Shown here piece after piece: positions 47,050 to 56,340 of a stretch of 64,000 bases of DNA; position 1 is the stretch's first letter, and the number at the start of each line of letters is the position of its first letter. This DNA is from an uncultured Desulfobacteraceae bacterium (lineage in GTDB: Bacteria > Desulfobacterota > Desulfobacteria > Desulfobacterales > UBA11574): contig CAZQAF010000009.1 in NCBI GenBank assembly GCA_964591175.1, positions 7,619 to 71,618 on the forward strand, given 5' to 3'. Under the pieces are notes generated by a model, which ran no database searches, was not told the DNA's origin, and saw only the letters and a list, made by a program, of their open reading frames with translations. The translations under genes and the position numbers were made by a program.

Positions 47050-48819
47050 ATGGCCGGCATCGGAATGGTATTAGATATTGCGACCACTGCTTTAAGCGCT
47101 CAGCAGCAGAGCATAAATGTTACGGCCCACAACATCGCGAACGTCAATACAGAAGGGTATTCGCGGCAAAGTCCGGATCTTGAAACAAAACAGCCGATGA
47201 TGACGAATGGATTGATCATGGGTAGAGGGGTCAATGTCGATCAGGTGACTCAGGCCGGTGACCGGTTTATCGAAAACAGGCTGATGCAGGAAAAATCGAA
47301 CCTGTCGTCCTCATCGGAAATGGAAAAATACATGCAGGTCCTGGAAGGGTACTTTAATGAAAATTCCGATACCGGACTCAGCACCATGCTGACCGATTTC
47401 TGGAATGGATGGTATGATATTTCCAACAACCCGTCCGGTGCGGCAGAAAGGAGTTCGCTTTATGAACACAGCGCGCTCCTTGCAGAAAAATTTAATGAAT
47501 CGGGAAATGATTTAACCCAGGTTGAATCGGATTTAACCAATGCCGTGAGTTCCGGAATAGAAACGATTAATCAAATCACCAATCAGATCGCCCAGCTCAA
47601 TAATCAGATCGTGGGCATGGAGGCAGATAACACCGCGAATGATCTCAGAGACAAACGCAATGCGCTTGTTTCGAAACTCAATGAATACCTCGATGTCAAA
47701 ACCTTTAATCAGAGCAATGGCTCTTTGACCATTATCACTGCAAAGGGCTGTACCCTGGTTCAAGACAGCAGCAGCTATGAGCTGGAAATGGGCGGTTCCA
47801 ACGGAGACAGGGTCATCTGGCAGGATTCCAGCGGCAGAGATGTCGATATCACAGACGATGTCAACAATGGAAAACTTGGCGGCTGGCTCGACATGCGGGA
47901 CGAGGCTGTCGGTAAATATCAACTGGATCTCGATGCGCTGGCCAAAGAATTTATCTGGTCCGTGAACCAGCAACACAGTCAGGGGGTGGGGTTGGAAGGA
48001 TTCAGCAGCGTCACGGGAAGCAATGTGGTATCGGACACAGGAAAAGGACTCGGAACCTTTGATTCCGGCCTCGACTACTCTGACAAAATGATTGACGGCG
48101 CTTTTAATCTCTGGATATATGATGCCAACGGCGACGTCGTTGGCGGATCCGCCAATCCGATCACGATTGATGCAGGTACAACCACCCTTACCGACCTTCG
48201 TAATAAAATAAATACGGCGGCAACAAATATTAGCGCTCCAATCACTGCTTCCATTAGCGATGGAAAATTAACGATCGATGCCGGCAGCGGATATACATTT
48301 GCCTTTTCCGATGACACCAGCAATGTTCTGGCAGCCCTTGGGATCAATACTTTTTTCACCGGTTCCAGTGCCGGCAACATGGGAGTCAACGATGCTATTG
48401 GTTTGAATCTTAATAATATTGCCGCAGGCCAGGTCGGAGATGATGGCGCGATCGCCGCAGGAAGCAATGTCAATGCGTTGGCCGTCACCGATCTTCAAAA
48501 CACGAAGATTAGTATTTCTCAATGGACCTGTGACAGGATCAACGGAAACACGGAAGGGAGAACCACATCAACAATCGAAGACTATTATCATTCCATGGTG
48601 GGTGCCATCGGCATTGCTTCTGCAAGTGTCTCCAGAGACAAAACCTTTAGCGAAACAATGGTCAATGAGATAAGCAGTATCAGAGACAGTATATCGGGTG
48701 TTTCGCTTGACGAGGAGTTGACAAACCTTATAAAATACCAGCATGCCTATGCGGCGGCGACCAAGCTTATCAGTACCTCGGACGAGATGCTCAGCACGCT
48801 GCTCGAGGTGAAGAAATAG
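47050..48819 (+). CDS. flgK: Hook-associated protein FlgK
   Basis: TAHNIANVNTEGYSRQ, NDLRDKR, ISGVSLDEELTNLIKYQHAYAAA. Confidence 0.96.
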   Translation: MAGIGMVLDIATTALSAQQQSINVTAHNIANVNTEGYSRQSPDLETKQPMMTNGLIMGRGVNVDQVTQAGDRFIENRLMQEKSNLSSSSEMEKYMQVLEGYFNENSDTGLSTMLTDFWNGWYDISNNPSGAAERSSLYEHSALLAEKFNESGNDLTQVESDLTNAVSSGIETINQITNQIAQLNNQIVGMEADNTANDLRDKRNALVSKLNEYLDVKTFNQSNGSLTIITAKGCTLVQDSSSYELEMGGSNGDRVIWQDSSGRDVDITDDVNNGKLGGWLDMRDEAVGKYQLDLDALAKEFIWSVNQQHSQGVGLEGFSSVTGSNVVSDTGKGLGTFDSGLDYSDKMIDGAFNLWIYDANGDVVGGSANPITIDAGTTTLTDLRNKINTAATNISAPITASISDGKLTIDAGSGYTFAFSDDTSNVLAALGINTFFTGSSAGNMGVNDAIGLNLNNIAAGQVGDDGAIAAGSNVNALAVTDLQNTKISISQWTCDRINGNTEGRTTSTIEDYYHSMVGAIGIASASVSRDKTFSETMVNEISSIRDSISGVSLDEELTNLIKYQHAYAAATKLISTSDEMLSTLLEVKK

Positions 48820-48856
48820 ATTATTAAAAATACTTGGTTAAAAGGAATTGACTGAT

Positions 48857-49723
48857 ATGCGCGTCACAAATAGATCCATTTTTGAATCGATAAAGTATAA
48901 CCTCGGCAATATCAGCGAGGAACTAAACAAGGCCAATGAGATTGCCAGCACCGGAAAACGGATCAACAATCTTTCCGATGACCCCGTGGGCCTCACGCAG
49001 TCGCTGCGAATCCAGTCGAGTCTTGCGAACATCGAACAGATGCAGCGAAATATCGATTATGGTAAATCATGGCTCAATGCATCTGAAAGCGCCCTGACAA
49101 ATGTAGATAATATCCTGTCTAATACCAAGGCGCTGTGTGTGCAGATGGCCAGCGGAACTGCCGGCGCCGATGAGCGGTCCGCGGCCGCCGAGACCGCGCA
49201 AAACAATCTTGAGGAGATTGTTTCTTTGGCCAATACAAATGTGGCCGGGAATTATATTTTTTCAGGTACCAAAACCGATACCAAATCATTTGATCAGGAC
49301 GGCACTTACAACGGTGATAATAATCCGTTCTCGATAAAGATCAGCAAAAATGCCAGTATTGAAATCGGCAGTGACGGTCAAGCGGTGTTCGGCGCGCTTT
49401 TCAACACATTGGCGGATTTGAAGACCGCGCTTTTGAGCAATGATGTCAGCGGCATTCAAGATGCAATGGGCAACCTGGATGCGCACATGAAGGATATCTC
49501 GGGCAAGATTTCAGATATCGGTTCGAAAATGGACCGTATGGATATTAAGAAAAACATATTTCAGGATTTGAACCTATCCGATACGGAACGGCGCTCAAAC
49601 ATAGAAGATGCAGATATGGCCGAGGCCGTCATGAATGTATCGGCAGCACAGCTTACCTACCAGGCGGCTCTGTCCTCTTCTTCCAAGGTGATGTCATTGT
49701 CCCTGGTGGATTATTTATCATAA
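48857..49723 (+). CDS. flgL: Hook-associated protein FlgL
   Basis: [41 protein letters not shown]. Confidence 0.95.
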   Translation: MRVTNRSIFESIKYNLGNISEELNKANEIASTGKRINNLSDDPVGLTQSLRIQSSLANIEQMQRNIDYGKSWLNASESALTNVDNILSNTKALCVQMASGTAGADERSAAAETAQNNLEEIVSLANTNVAGNYIFSGTKTDTKSFDQDGTYNGDNNPFSIKISKNASIEIGSDGQAVFGALFNTLADLKTALLSNDVSGIQDAMGNLDAHMKDISGKISDIGSKMDRMDIKKNIFQDLNLSDTERRSNIEDADMAEAVMNVSAAQLTYQAALSSSSKVMSLSLVDYLS

Positions 49724-49742
49724 CGAATGCCAAGGATTGGCC

Positions 49743-49988
49743 ATGCTTATACTAACACGGAAGTTGGGCGAAAAAATCGCTATCGGCGATGATATTACGA
49801 TCACCGTTGTTGAGATAAGAGGAACGCAGATCAAGCTGGGAATTGAAGCTCCCAAACACATAGAAATTCATCGCCAGGAAGTTTATGAAAGAATCAGAGA
49901 AGAAAATTTGAGCTCATCTGATATCAATGATTCAGATCTTTCCAGCGCGTTTGCTATTTACAGGTCCTCAGGGGGTGATAAACCATAA
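49743..49988 (+). CDS. csrA: Carbon storage regulator CsrA
   Basis: [33 protein letters not shown]. Confidence 0.97.
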   Translation: MLILTRKLGEKIAIGDDITITVVEIRGTQIKLGIEAPKHIEIHRQEVYERIREENLSSSDINDSDLSSAFAIYRSSGGDKP

Positions 49989-50104
49989 ACCGATGTTAAA
50001 AACCATTGATTTCTATTTCCCGTTCAACGTTTAGCGTTGCCGGACCGTGAATCTGAACCCTTTAATCTGGGCTATAAAGCAACTGAATCCTTAAAAATTC
50101 GATA

Positions 50105-50551
50105 GTGAGCAAATTGAAAATCGACACTCCGAGATTCGGCCCCATCCGAATAAATAAAGAAAAGATTATTCACATGCCCCACGGCATGCTAGGCTTTTCA
50201 GATAAAAAGCAATATCTTATTCTTCGGCATCAGGAAAATTCGCCTTTTTTCTGGTACCAATCGCTTGATGATCCGGGTCTTGCCTTTGTCATCACAAGCC
50301 CTTTTTTGTTTATACCGGACTACAAGATCGATCTCAAAGCCATACCAAAAGAGATGGCCTGGGATACGAACGGGAAAAACAATGCTTTGGCGGTGTACAT
50401 TGTCGTTAATATCCCTAAAGGTATGCCTCATAAGATGACCGGAAATTTTATCGGCCCAATTTTGATCAATACCGACCTGAATCAGGCGGTTCAGGTCGTT
50501 CTTTCCAACAGCCCTTACACCCATAAAGTTCCTCTGCTAAAAAAGAACTAG
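50105..50551 (+). CDS. fliW: Flagellar assembly factor FliW
   Basis: FFWYQSLDDPGLAFVITSPF, MTGNFIGPILIN. Confidence 0.95.
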   Translation: MSKLKIDTPRFGPIRINKEKIIHMPHGMLGFSDKKQYLILRHQENSPFFWYQSLDDPGLAFVITSPFLFIPDYKIDLKAIPKEMAWDTNGKNNALAVYIVVNIPKGMPHKMTGNFIGPILINTDLNQAVQVVLSNSPYTHKVPLLKKN

Positions 50552-50746
50552 AAGTGGTTTCAAAACCTCCTCTCGAGCTCAATCTCTGTGTTGGACTGAG
50601 ACGTCCAATCCTCGAAATATTCCCGATATGGATGCTTGTCCCGATTTTTTTAATCGGGGCGGTTGGCCGTTTCAGTCCGCCTTTTTATCCCGCTGGCTTT
50701 TAGCGGGGGACCTTGAGCCCGATTGAAGGTTTTGAAACCACTTCTA
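50549..50746. mobile_element. 198-bp MITE-like element (E3) starting on the fliW stop codon
   Basis: Perfect 20-bp terminal inverted repeat TAGAAGTGGTTTCAAAACCT / AGGTTTTGAAACCACTTCTA; core AATCCTCGAAATA and CAATCTCTG shared with other copies. Confidence 0.75.
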
Positions 50747-50785
50747 AGCCCGACGCTTGCGATTTTTTCATCTATCATCCTAGAG

Positions 50786-50802
50786 TTGGCATGAACTTTG
50801 TA
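50786..50802 (+). promoter_or_regulatory. Variant sigma54 promoter candidate for the lytic transglycosylase
   Basis: TTGGCATGAACTTTGTA (GG-N10-GT rather than GC). Confidence 0.4.
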
Positions 50803-50816
50803 TTCACCTAAAATAC

Positions 50817-50963
50817 TAGAAGCCATCTCAAAATTAGGATTTTCAGTCGAGATCAAGGCGAGGCCGAGGATCAACCCAAAGGCATACTCAAGTATGTCGA
50901 GGACTTGAGACGAGGGCTCAACGCCGATATCGGGTGAAAAGAATTTTTTGAGATGCCTTTCTA
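50817..50963. mobile_element. 147-bp MITE-like element (E4), core in reverse orientation
   Basis: Termini TAGAAGCCATCTCAAAA / TTTTGAGATGCCTTTCTA; reverse-complement core has TCCTCG, TATGCCT, GCCTTGATCT and AAAATCCT as in E1. Confidence 0.75.
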
Positions 50964-50983
50964 TATTCATATGGAGATTACAG

Positions 50984-51820
50984 ATGAAAGATCCGTTAAA
51001 TACCGGTATGTGCCTTGAGCCCTTGCTATTCCCACAACGCCGCAGCTTTCACGGTCTTCCTCCAAAAAGTTTGGACAAGGCCGGGACTTCTGGAACGTTT
51101 ATTTCATTGATGGCGGATATCCTTGAAAAAGGCAAAAATGCAGACACTGCATTATCATCTTTAGACAAAAATTGTTTGCAGCGTCTGATAAATGCAGTAA
51201 GGCTTCAAATGAACGAATATTTGTTGACTGAACTCAGTGATTTTGATGAATGCGGTCAGGACGCCGGCGCTTTCAATCTGCAGCGAAGATGGCTGAATGA
51301 TTATGGAACGGGCAACGATACAGTGTCGGTTGAATCAAAAATTAAGCAAGAACCCCAGAAGACAAATGCGCCCATATCGCCGTTTCACCACAAAAGCGCG
51401 CTCCCAGCCCAAAGGGCTTCCAAGCCGGAGGGGGGACAAGCTGAAATCGACGAAATCATTAAACATGCATCAACCATTTACGGTGTCGATCCGGAATTGA
51501 TTACATCGGTGATCAAGGCTGAAAGCGATTTTGATGCCGGTGCGACTTCATCCAAAGGGGCCATGGGGTTGATGCAGCTGATGCCTGGGACAGCCAGGGA
51601 ATTGGGCGTCAAAAACTGCTACAATCCGGTTGAAAATATCATGGCCGGAACCCGTTATTTAAAAAGCCTGTTAAACAGGTACGACGGCAATATAGAGCTT
51701 ACGCTTGCCGCTTATAATTGGGGGATGGGAAACGTAGAAAAACATCCTGACCGGCTGCCGCAAGAAACTCGGACCTATATCGCCCGTGTCAGTCGATTGT
51801 TGCAAAAAAGCACCTCATAA
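50984..51820 (+). CDS. Lytic transglycosylase (SLT domain)
   Basis: VIKAESDF (catalytic Glu), GAMGLMQLMP, ENIMAGTRYL, LAAYNWG; start placed at the ATG at 50984 after GGAG. Confidence 0.92.
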   Translation: MKDPLNTGMCLEPLLFPQRRSFHGLPPKSLDKAGTSGTFISLMADILEKGKNADTALSSLDKNCLQRLINAVRLQMNEYLLTELSDFDECGQDAGAFNLQRRWLNDYGTGNDTVSVESKIKQEPQKTNAPISPFHHKSALPAQRASKPEGGQAEIDEIIKHASTIYGVDPELITSVIKAESDFDAGATSSKGAMGLMQLMPGTARELGVKNCYNPVENIMAGTRYLKSLLNRYDGNIELTLAAYNWGMGNVEKHPDRLPQETRTYIARVSRLLQKSTS

Positions 51821-51822
51821 TA

Positions 51823-53454
51823 CTATCTTTTCCTGCGAACTACCCGACGTCTGACGACTCTCCTGCGAGGCTTTTGAGGCAAAGACGCGGTTGTGTTTGT
51901 GTTTTGAGTTGCCGAATCTGTCTGCTCTTTTCGATTCTCCGATTTGTCCGGGCGTATTTTTTCCCAATAACGGCATGTTGCCCTCGGGCATTTCAAACTC
52001 GATATCCCAGCCTTGTTCGACGTTTCAATTAAAAATGGATTGTTGCATTTGGGGCATTGAATATGATGGGGTTTGCCCCAGCTGATGAAGCTGCATTCTT
52101 TGTTTGAGCACTTGTAATACGGTTTTCCAGTCGCCGTATTTTTGACCTTTAGCTTCGATCGCCTGCATATGGGGCATTCTAATGCCAGATCTTCTTCAAA
52201 AGCCGTAATACGTTTTTCAATGTCATCGTCATTTTCCGTCGGGAGAGTGGCGGAGTTTATAATGGAATCTTCCTTTTGAAATGGTGTTTCCGGATTATCT
52301 TCGATGATTTCTTTCACGGATTCGCTTTTCTCTTGGTGTAAAACTGTATTTGGAAAAGCAATTGGGTCATCGTAAAATTTGCTTTTGTCCTGTTCAATCG
52401 ATTTCAGATCCTGTGAAGTATCTTCTGCAAAAGAAATAGAATCATGGCCGGGTATATTTGATGTGGATGCGTCAAACCTATCGATAGGATCATCTGAATC
52501 AGTCTTTATTGGTTCTTCCAAAGATATTGTTAAGTCAGTATCGAGCTTTTGTGATTCATCGGCATTATGAGGCGATGTTTCTATTGATTGATCAGATGTT
52601 TGTGGTTTCTCAATTTCAATATGTTCATGTCTGTCCGAGGAGGTTTTATCGGGTTTGATTTCTTTTAATCCGGATTCACCAAAATTGAGTTTTGTGATTT
52701 TTGTTTTTCCATTGTAGGCATCGGAAGATAGCACTTTAGGTTCATTGGACGAACCTTTGGCGTGATCGAGAAGAATATCTCGCGATTTCCGACCAAGAAT
52801 CGAAGTCGTTTTCAATTCTGTGTTCAAAGATATTTTTTTGTTATTTTGCGTGGCGTTCTTAAACCTTCGGGTAGGGACGCTTTTATCAGGAAGTTGACGG
52901 GAAATCTTTGGGGGGGTATGTGCCCGTGGATCTTTTTCCAAAGGAATGCCTTGCATTTGTAAAATTTGGTCAAATTGATCCGCCGCCGAATCGATATCTT
53001 TTCGGCCGGATTTTACTTCATCCAGTGTTTGGACAAAATAGGCGATCAGGTTCATACCGGGCATTTTCGGGAAGACCAGATCCATAAGACGGGCCATACT
53101 TACCGTGGGTTTTTGAGGGATAAGTCTGTCGCCTTCGGCCCGGATATAGTTTTTTTGAATCATGTTTTCGATAACGACATTCATATCCTGATCGTCTCTA
53201 AGTCCCATGTCTTCAACATCTTCTATTAATGTTTCATGAGTATAACGATCATTTTCATCGGGAACAAAACCTTCTATCCCGTTTTCTCGTTCCATGAGCA
53301 GCGTAATGATAGAGATGGTTAAGGGATTCAAGATCAGTTCTCCAATCCCAAACCGGCTTCCGATCAAACGTTCCAAATGGTTAAAGAAAATCTCATTGAA
53401 TTGATCGATCACGTCAGGTTTTTTGTTTGCATCATCTATTTGCATTTTTTCCAA
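51823..53454 (-). CDS. Hypothetical protein with an acidic linker and C-terminal topoisomerase-type C4 zinc ribbons
   Basis: CPIC..YYKCSNKEC, CPKC...LKCPRATC, then an Arg-rich tail RRRVVRRRVVRRKR; no TOPRIM or catalytic topoisomerase domain seen. Confidence 0.8.
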   Translation of the reverse strand: MEKMQIDDANKKPDVIDQFNEIFFNHLERLIGSRFGIGELILNPLTISIITLLMERENGIEGFVPDENDRYTHETLIEDVEDMGLRDDQDMNVVIENMIQKNYIRAEGDRLIPQKPTVSMARLMDLVFPKMPGMNLIAYFVQTLDEVKSGRKDIDSAADQFDQILQMQGIPLEKDPRAHTPPKISRQLPDKSVPTRRFKNATQNNKKISLNTELKTTSILGRKSRDILLDHAKGSSNEPKVLSSDAYNGKTKITKLNFGESGLKEIKPDKTSSDRHEHIEIEKPQTSDQSIETSPHNADESQKLDTDLTISLEEPIKTDSDDPIDRFDASTSNIPGHDSISFAEDTSQDLKSIEQDKSKFYDDPIAFPNTVLHQEKSESVKEIIEDNPETPFQKEDSIINSATLPTENDDDIEKRITAFEEDLALECPICRRSKLKVKNTATGKPYYKCSNKECSFISWGKPHHIQCPKCNNPFLIETSNKAGISSLKCPRATCRYWEKIRPDKSENRKEQTDSATQNTNTTASLPQKPRRRVVRRRVVRRKR

Positions 53455-53469
53455 AACCCCTTACTCCAT

Positions 53470-53498
53470 TATTTCAACATTCCCTCCGGTACATAAGC
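53470..53498. repeat. Second, inverted copy of the fliI-fliJ spacer repeat, followed by a CTGTAATC/GATTACAG hairpin
   Basis: 23/29 identity to the reverse complement of 20618-20646. Confidence 0.5.
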
Positions 53499-53992
53499 TT
53501 TACCCTCCGGCCTGTAATCCCTAAGGCTTCCGGCTCGTAGCGATTACAGTTCAAAGAGGCTGGAAAGCGGGCCCTGATGCCAATTATGAGCAAATCGAGC
53601 GATCCTCGCCGGTCAGACTCGCCTGTATAAAATATCTCTGATCATCCCCTGAGCGCTGTTGAAAGATTGACGGTCTTTGGTTATTCCGAGCAATGATCCT
53701 TACGATTGATAAACCTTTTAAAGGTAAGCTTGCCCGAAAATCTCATAATAATTTCCGAGGCAGGGATGATTTTGATTTATCCGAGCTGCAACGGCGCTCT
53801 CATTGCTTTTACGAAAGGTACAACTATGCAAAATTTATACCATTTAAGATATTCCTGCGGGTGCTTCTTTTTAACGGTTAGAGATTTCGACATCTCTATA
53901 TTTCATAATTCGTATGTGTTCATGGGGTGTGGTTTCCTGATTCACGCTATTATGCTCTGAAAATTGAAGACAGAGAAAACGTGCCAGGTTTA

Positions 53993-54008
53993 TGGAACGA
54001 GTTTTGCA
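53993..54008 (+). promoter_or_regulatory. sigma54 promoter
   Basis: TGGAACGAGTTTTGCA (GG-N10-GC). Confidence 0.7.
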
Positions 54009-54080
54009 AATGACTTTTTTCACATCGGTTTAGCGGTCCGCTGAACGTGGAACCCGAAACCTTTAAATGAGGAGAGTATA

Positions 54081-56006
54081 ATGGCATCTGTTATAACATT
54101 GACAGGCATCGACCAGGCCTTATCGCAACTAAAATACGCCAGCGAGATGACCTTGAAATATAGATTCGTAAAGACCGTAAGAGATTACTATGTCGATGAT
54201 AATTCTCTGGCCTCGCTGAGAAAGATCGAACATGCATCGTTGATAAAGCTGTTGTGGGATACGCAGGACGATCCCGAAATTATCAAAAATAAACGAAAAA
54301 ACTTGACTGGATTAAGATCATCGGTCAATGCGGATTTAAAAAAACTTTATGAAAACGGTTTAAATCCCGAAGGGATAAAAATCGGTCCGGACAATATATT
54401 TGTCATGTCCGAAAATGCAAAGGATAATATTCTTAATCAGTTCGGATATGAGTTGCAGCCGGATGGAACACTTAAATTAGACCAGATAATGGATATCCTG
54501 AAGGTGGCCAATGAAACCGTATCCGGTGCATTGAGTGTTGAAGATGCAACAACAAAGGACGATTTAAGTAAAAAAGATCAGTTAAAGGACCTAATTAAAC
54601 GATTATCGGAAAAGTTGGGTTTGGGTAATCCGGAATTTCCAAAGGCAGGTATCGATCCTGAAAATAAACCATCTGAATCACGGGTTTCGGTTGATGGTGT
54701 TGACAAGACGGTCGATATTGGAGCTGTCGATGAGGATGAAGATTTATTTGAGGTGCAGGATGATGAAGATGGGGAGGCTGTTGAAGAAATTGGAGATGTC
54801 ATAGAAGATGAGGTCTTGGATGAGATTGTGGATGTTGCTGAAGAAGACATGTCGGATATTGCTAATGAAGAAATATTAGATGATGTTGAAGATGTCGTAA
54901 CGGACGAAATTGAAGATCTATATACGGAAACGATTTCCGGCGAGGAGGAAATAGATGATATTCTCGAAAATGCAGCCGGTGATGAGGATTCGGAACCTGA
55001 GTACATTGAAGTTGATGAAGGTGATGGTTTAGGCGATGGTTTAGGCGATGGTATCGCAGGAGCGACGGCAGATGAATTCGGAGACGGAGGGAATGAAAAA
55101 GAAGCTGAACAACTGGGACTTCCCGCTGACTCTTTAGGTCAGGAATATGGATCTGAAAAAGAGACGAAATTAAAAAAAGACAAACTTCTTGCTGAAGCGT
55201 TCGACGGATATTTGGGATCCATGGACCGATATTATAATCATTATATCTTGATCGACGGCGGCCAATATTTAATTGGCAGCAGGCATCCAAAAAAGGGTGA
55301 AGAACTTGAAAAGATGATAATTTTGGAACCTTTTTATTTCGGCCGATTTCCGGTCACCAATGGACTTTTTGAAATATTTGTAGAAAAAACAGGATACAAA
55401 ACCACCGCAGAAAAGGTTGGATATGGAACCGTGTATTATGGAAGGTTTGAAAAGAGAAAAGATGATCAAACAGGATTGCTCACTTCCAGATGGAATTCTT
55501 CCCTTTATTGCAGTGAGGTTAAAGGCGCGTGCTGGTATCGTCCATCCGGCCCGGAAAGCACGCTCCACAACAAAAGAGATCATCCCGTGGTCCAAATCAG
55601 CCTGGAAGATGCCTCAGCATTTGCAGCTTGGACCGGAAAACGGTTGCCCACCGAAAGCGAGTGGGAGGCGGCATCCAGAACCGCAAAGGGATGGACATTT
55701 CCGTGGGGGCATGAATGGATAAATGATGCCGGTAATATTGAAGATAGCGGTATCGCGGACACGACGCCTGTGGATAAGTATGCTGAATTTGAAAATGACT
55801 TCGGAATCGTTGACGTCTTGGGAAATGTTCTGGAATGGACGGACAACGGTTTTGAAACGACGTCTCAAGAAAACAATGCGTCAAACTATCGAATTGCCAA
55901 GGGCGGAAGCTGGGTGTCCGGAAATGATATCCGCCTTTTCAGTCGCTTTAAACTTAAGCCGGATTCACATTCAAATATTCTCGGTTTCAGATGCGTTGCA
56001 TATTAA
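54081..56006 (+). CDS. FGE-sulfatase (SUMF1/PvdO/GldK-like) fold protein with an N-terminal domain and a long acidic linker
   Basis: FYFGRFPVTN, HPVVQISLEDA..FAAW.GKRLPTESEWEAA, LGNVLEWT, GGSW, LGFRC. Confidence 0.88.
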   Translation: MASVITLTGIDQALSQLKYASEMTLKYRFVKTVRDYYVDDNSLASLRKIEHASLIKLLWDTQDDPEIIKNKRKNLTGLRSSVNADLKKLYENGLNPEGIKIGPDNIFVMSENAKDNILNQFGYELQPDGTLKLDQIMDILKVANETVSGALSVEDATTKDDLSKKDQLKDLIKRLSEKLGLGNPEFPKAGIDPENKPSESRVSVDGVDKTVDIGAVDEDEDLFEVQDDEDGEAVEEIGDVIEDEVLDEIVDVAEEDMSDIANEEILDDVEDVVTDEIEDLYTETISGEEEIDDILENAAGDEDSEPEYIEVDEGDGLGDGLGDGIAGATADEFGDGGNEKEAEQLGLPADSLGQEYGSEKETKLKKDKLLAEAFDGYLGSMDRYYNHYILIDGGQYLIGSRHPKKGEELEKMIILEPFYFGRFPVTNGLFEIFVEKTGYKTTAEKVGYGTVYYGRFEKRKDDQTGLLTSRWNSSLYCSEVKGACWYRPSGPESTLHNKRDHPVVQISLEDASAFAAWTGKRLPTESEWEAASRTAKGWTFPWGHEWINDAGNIEDSGIADTTPVDKYAEFENDFGIVDVLGNVLEWTDNGFETTSQENNASNYRIAKGGSWVSGNDIRLFSRFKLKPDSHSNILGFRCVAY

Positions 56007-56049
56007 GCAAACACTCTTTTGTGAAATGTTTGGCGGTTTTCTCCATATC

Positions 56050-56065
56050 TGTCAATAATTTGTCA
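56050..56065. promoter_or_regulatory. Variant FleQ-box-like site upstream of pilB
   Basis: TGTCA-ATAATT-TGTCA (1 mismatch), about 110 bp upstream of the sigma54 promoter. Confidence 0.35.
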
Positions 56066-56175
56066 TGGTTGATATCGCATAGCCGATCTCAACAGGCGAT
56101 TAAAACCAATTTATCTAACTGATATCATGCACAATTGGAAACTTTCATTGAACTTTACCCAAGTCCGTAAAAAAG

Positions 56176-56192
56176 TCGGCACATAAGTTGCA
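56176..56192 (+). promoter_or_regulatory. sigma54 promoter of pilB-HDOD
   Basis: TCGGCACATAAGTTGCA (GG-N10-GC). Confidence 0.75.
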
Positions 56193-56340
56193 AAAGCTGC
56201 ACAATGATCCAACCCTATTTGAACGTTTGTGAAAAAATTTCGTAACATTTCTACTGGTAAGGGTTATTAAAGTACCTAATTAGCATATTCGTATGTATCT
56301 AAATACATACCGGACTTGAAAGGCTTCGCAAAAAAAAGAA

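Noticed and set aside
50650-50970. 106-aa minus-strand ORF
   Set aside because: It runs through repeat elements E3 and E4 and has no recognisable motif. The 50948 start of the SLT ORF also lies inside E4.
53965-53990. Minus-strand CTGGCACG -24 box facing the zinc-ribbon gene
   Set aside because: No GC at -12, and it is about 520 bp from the start codon.
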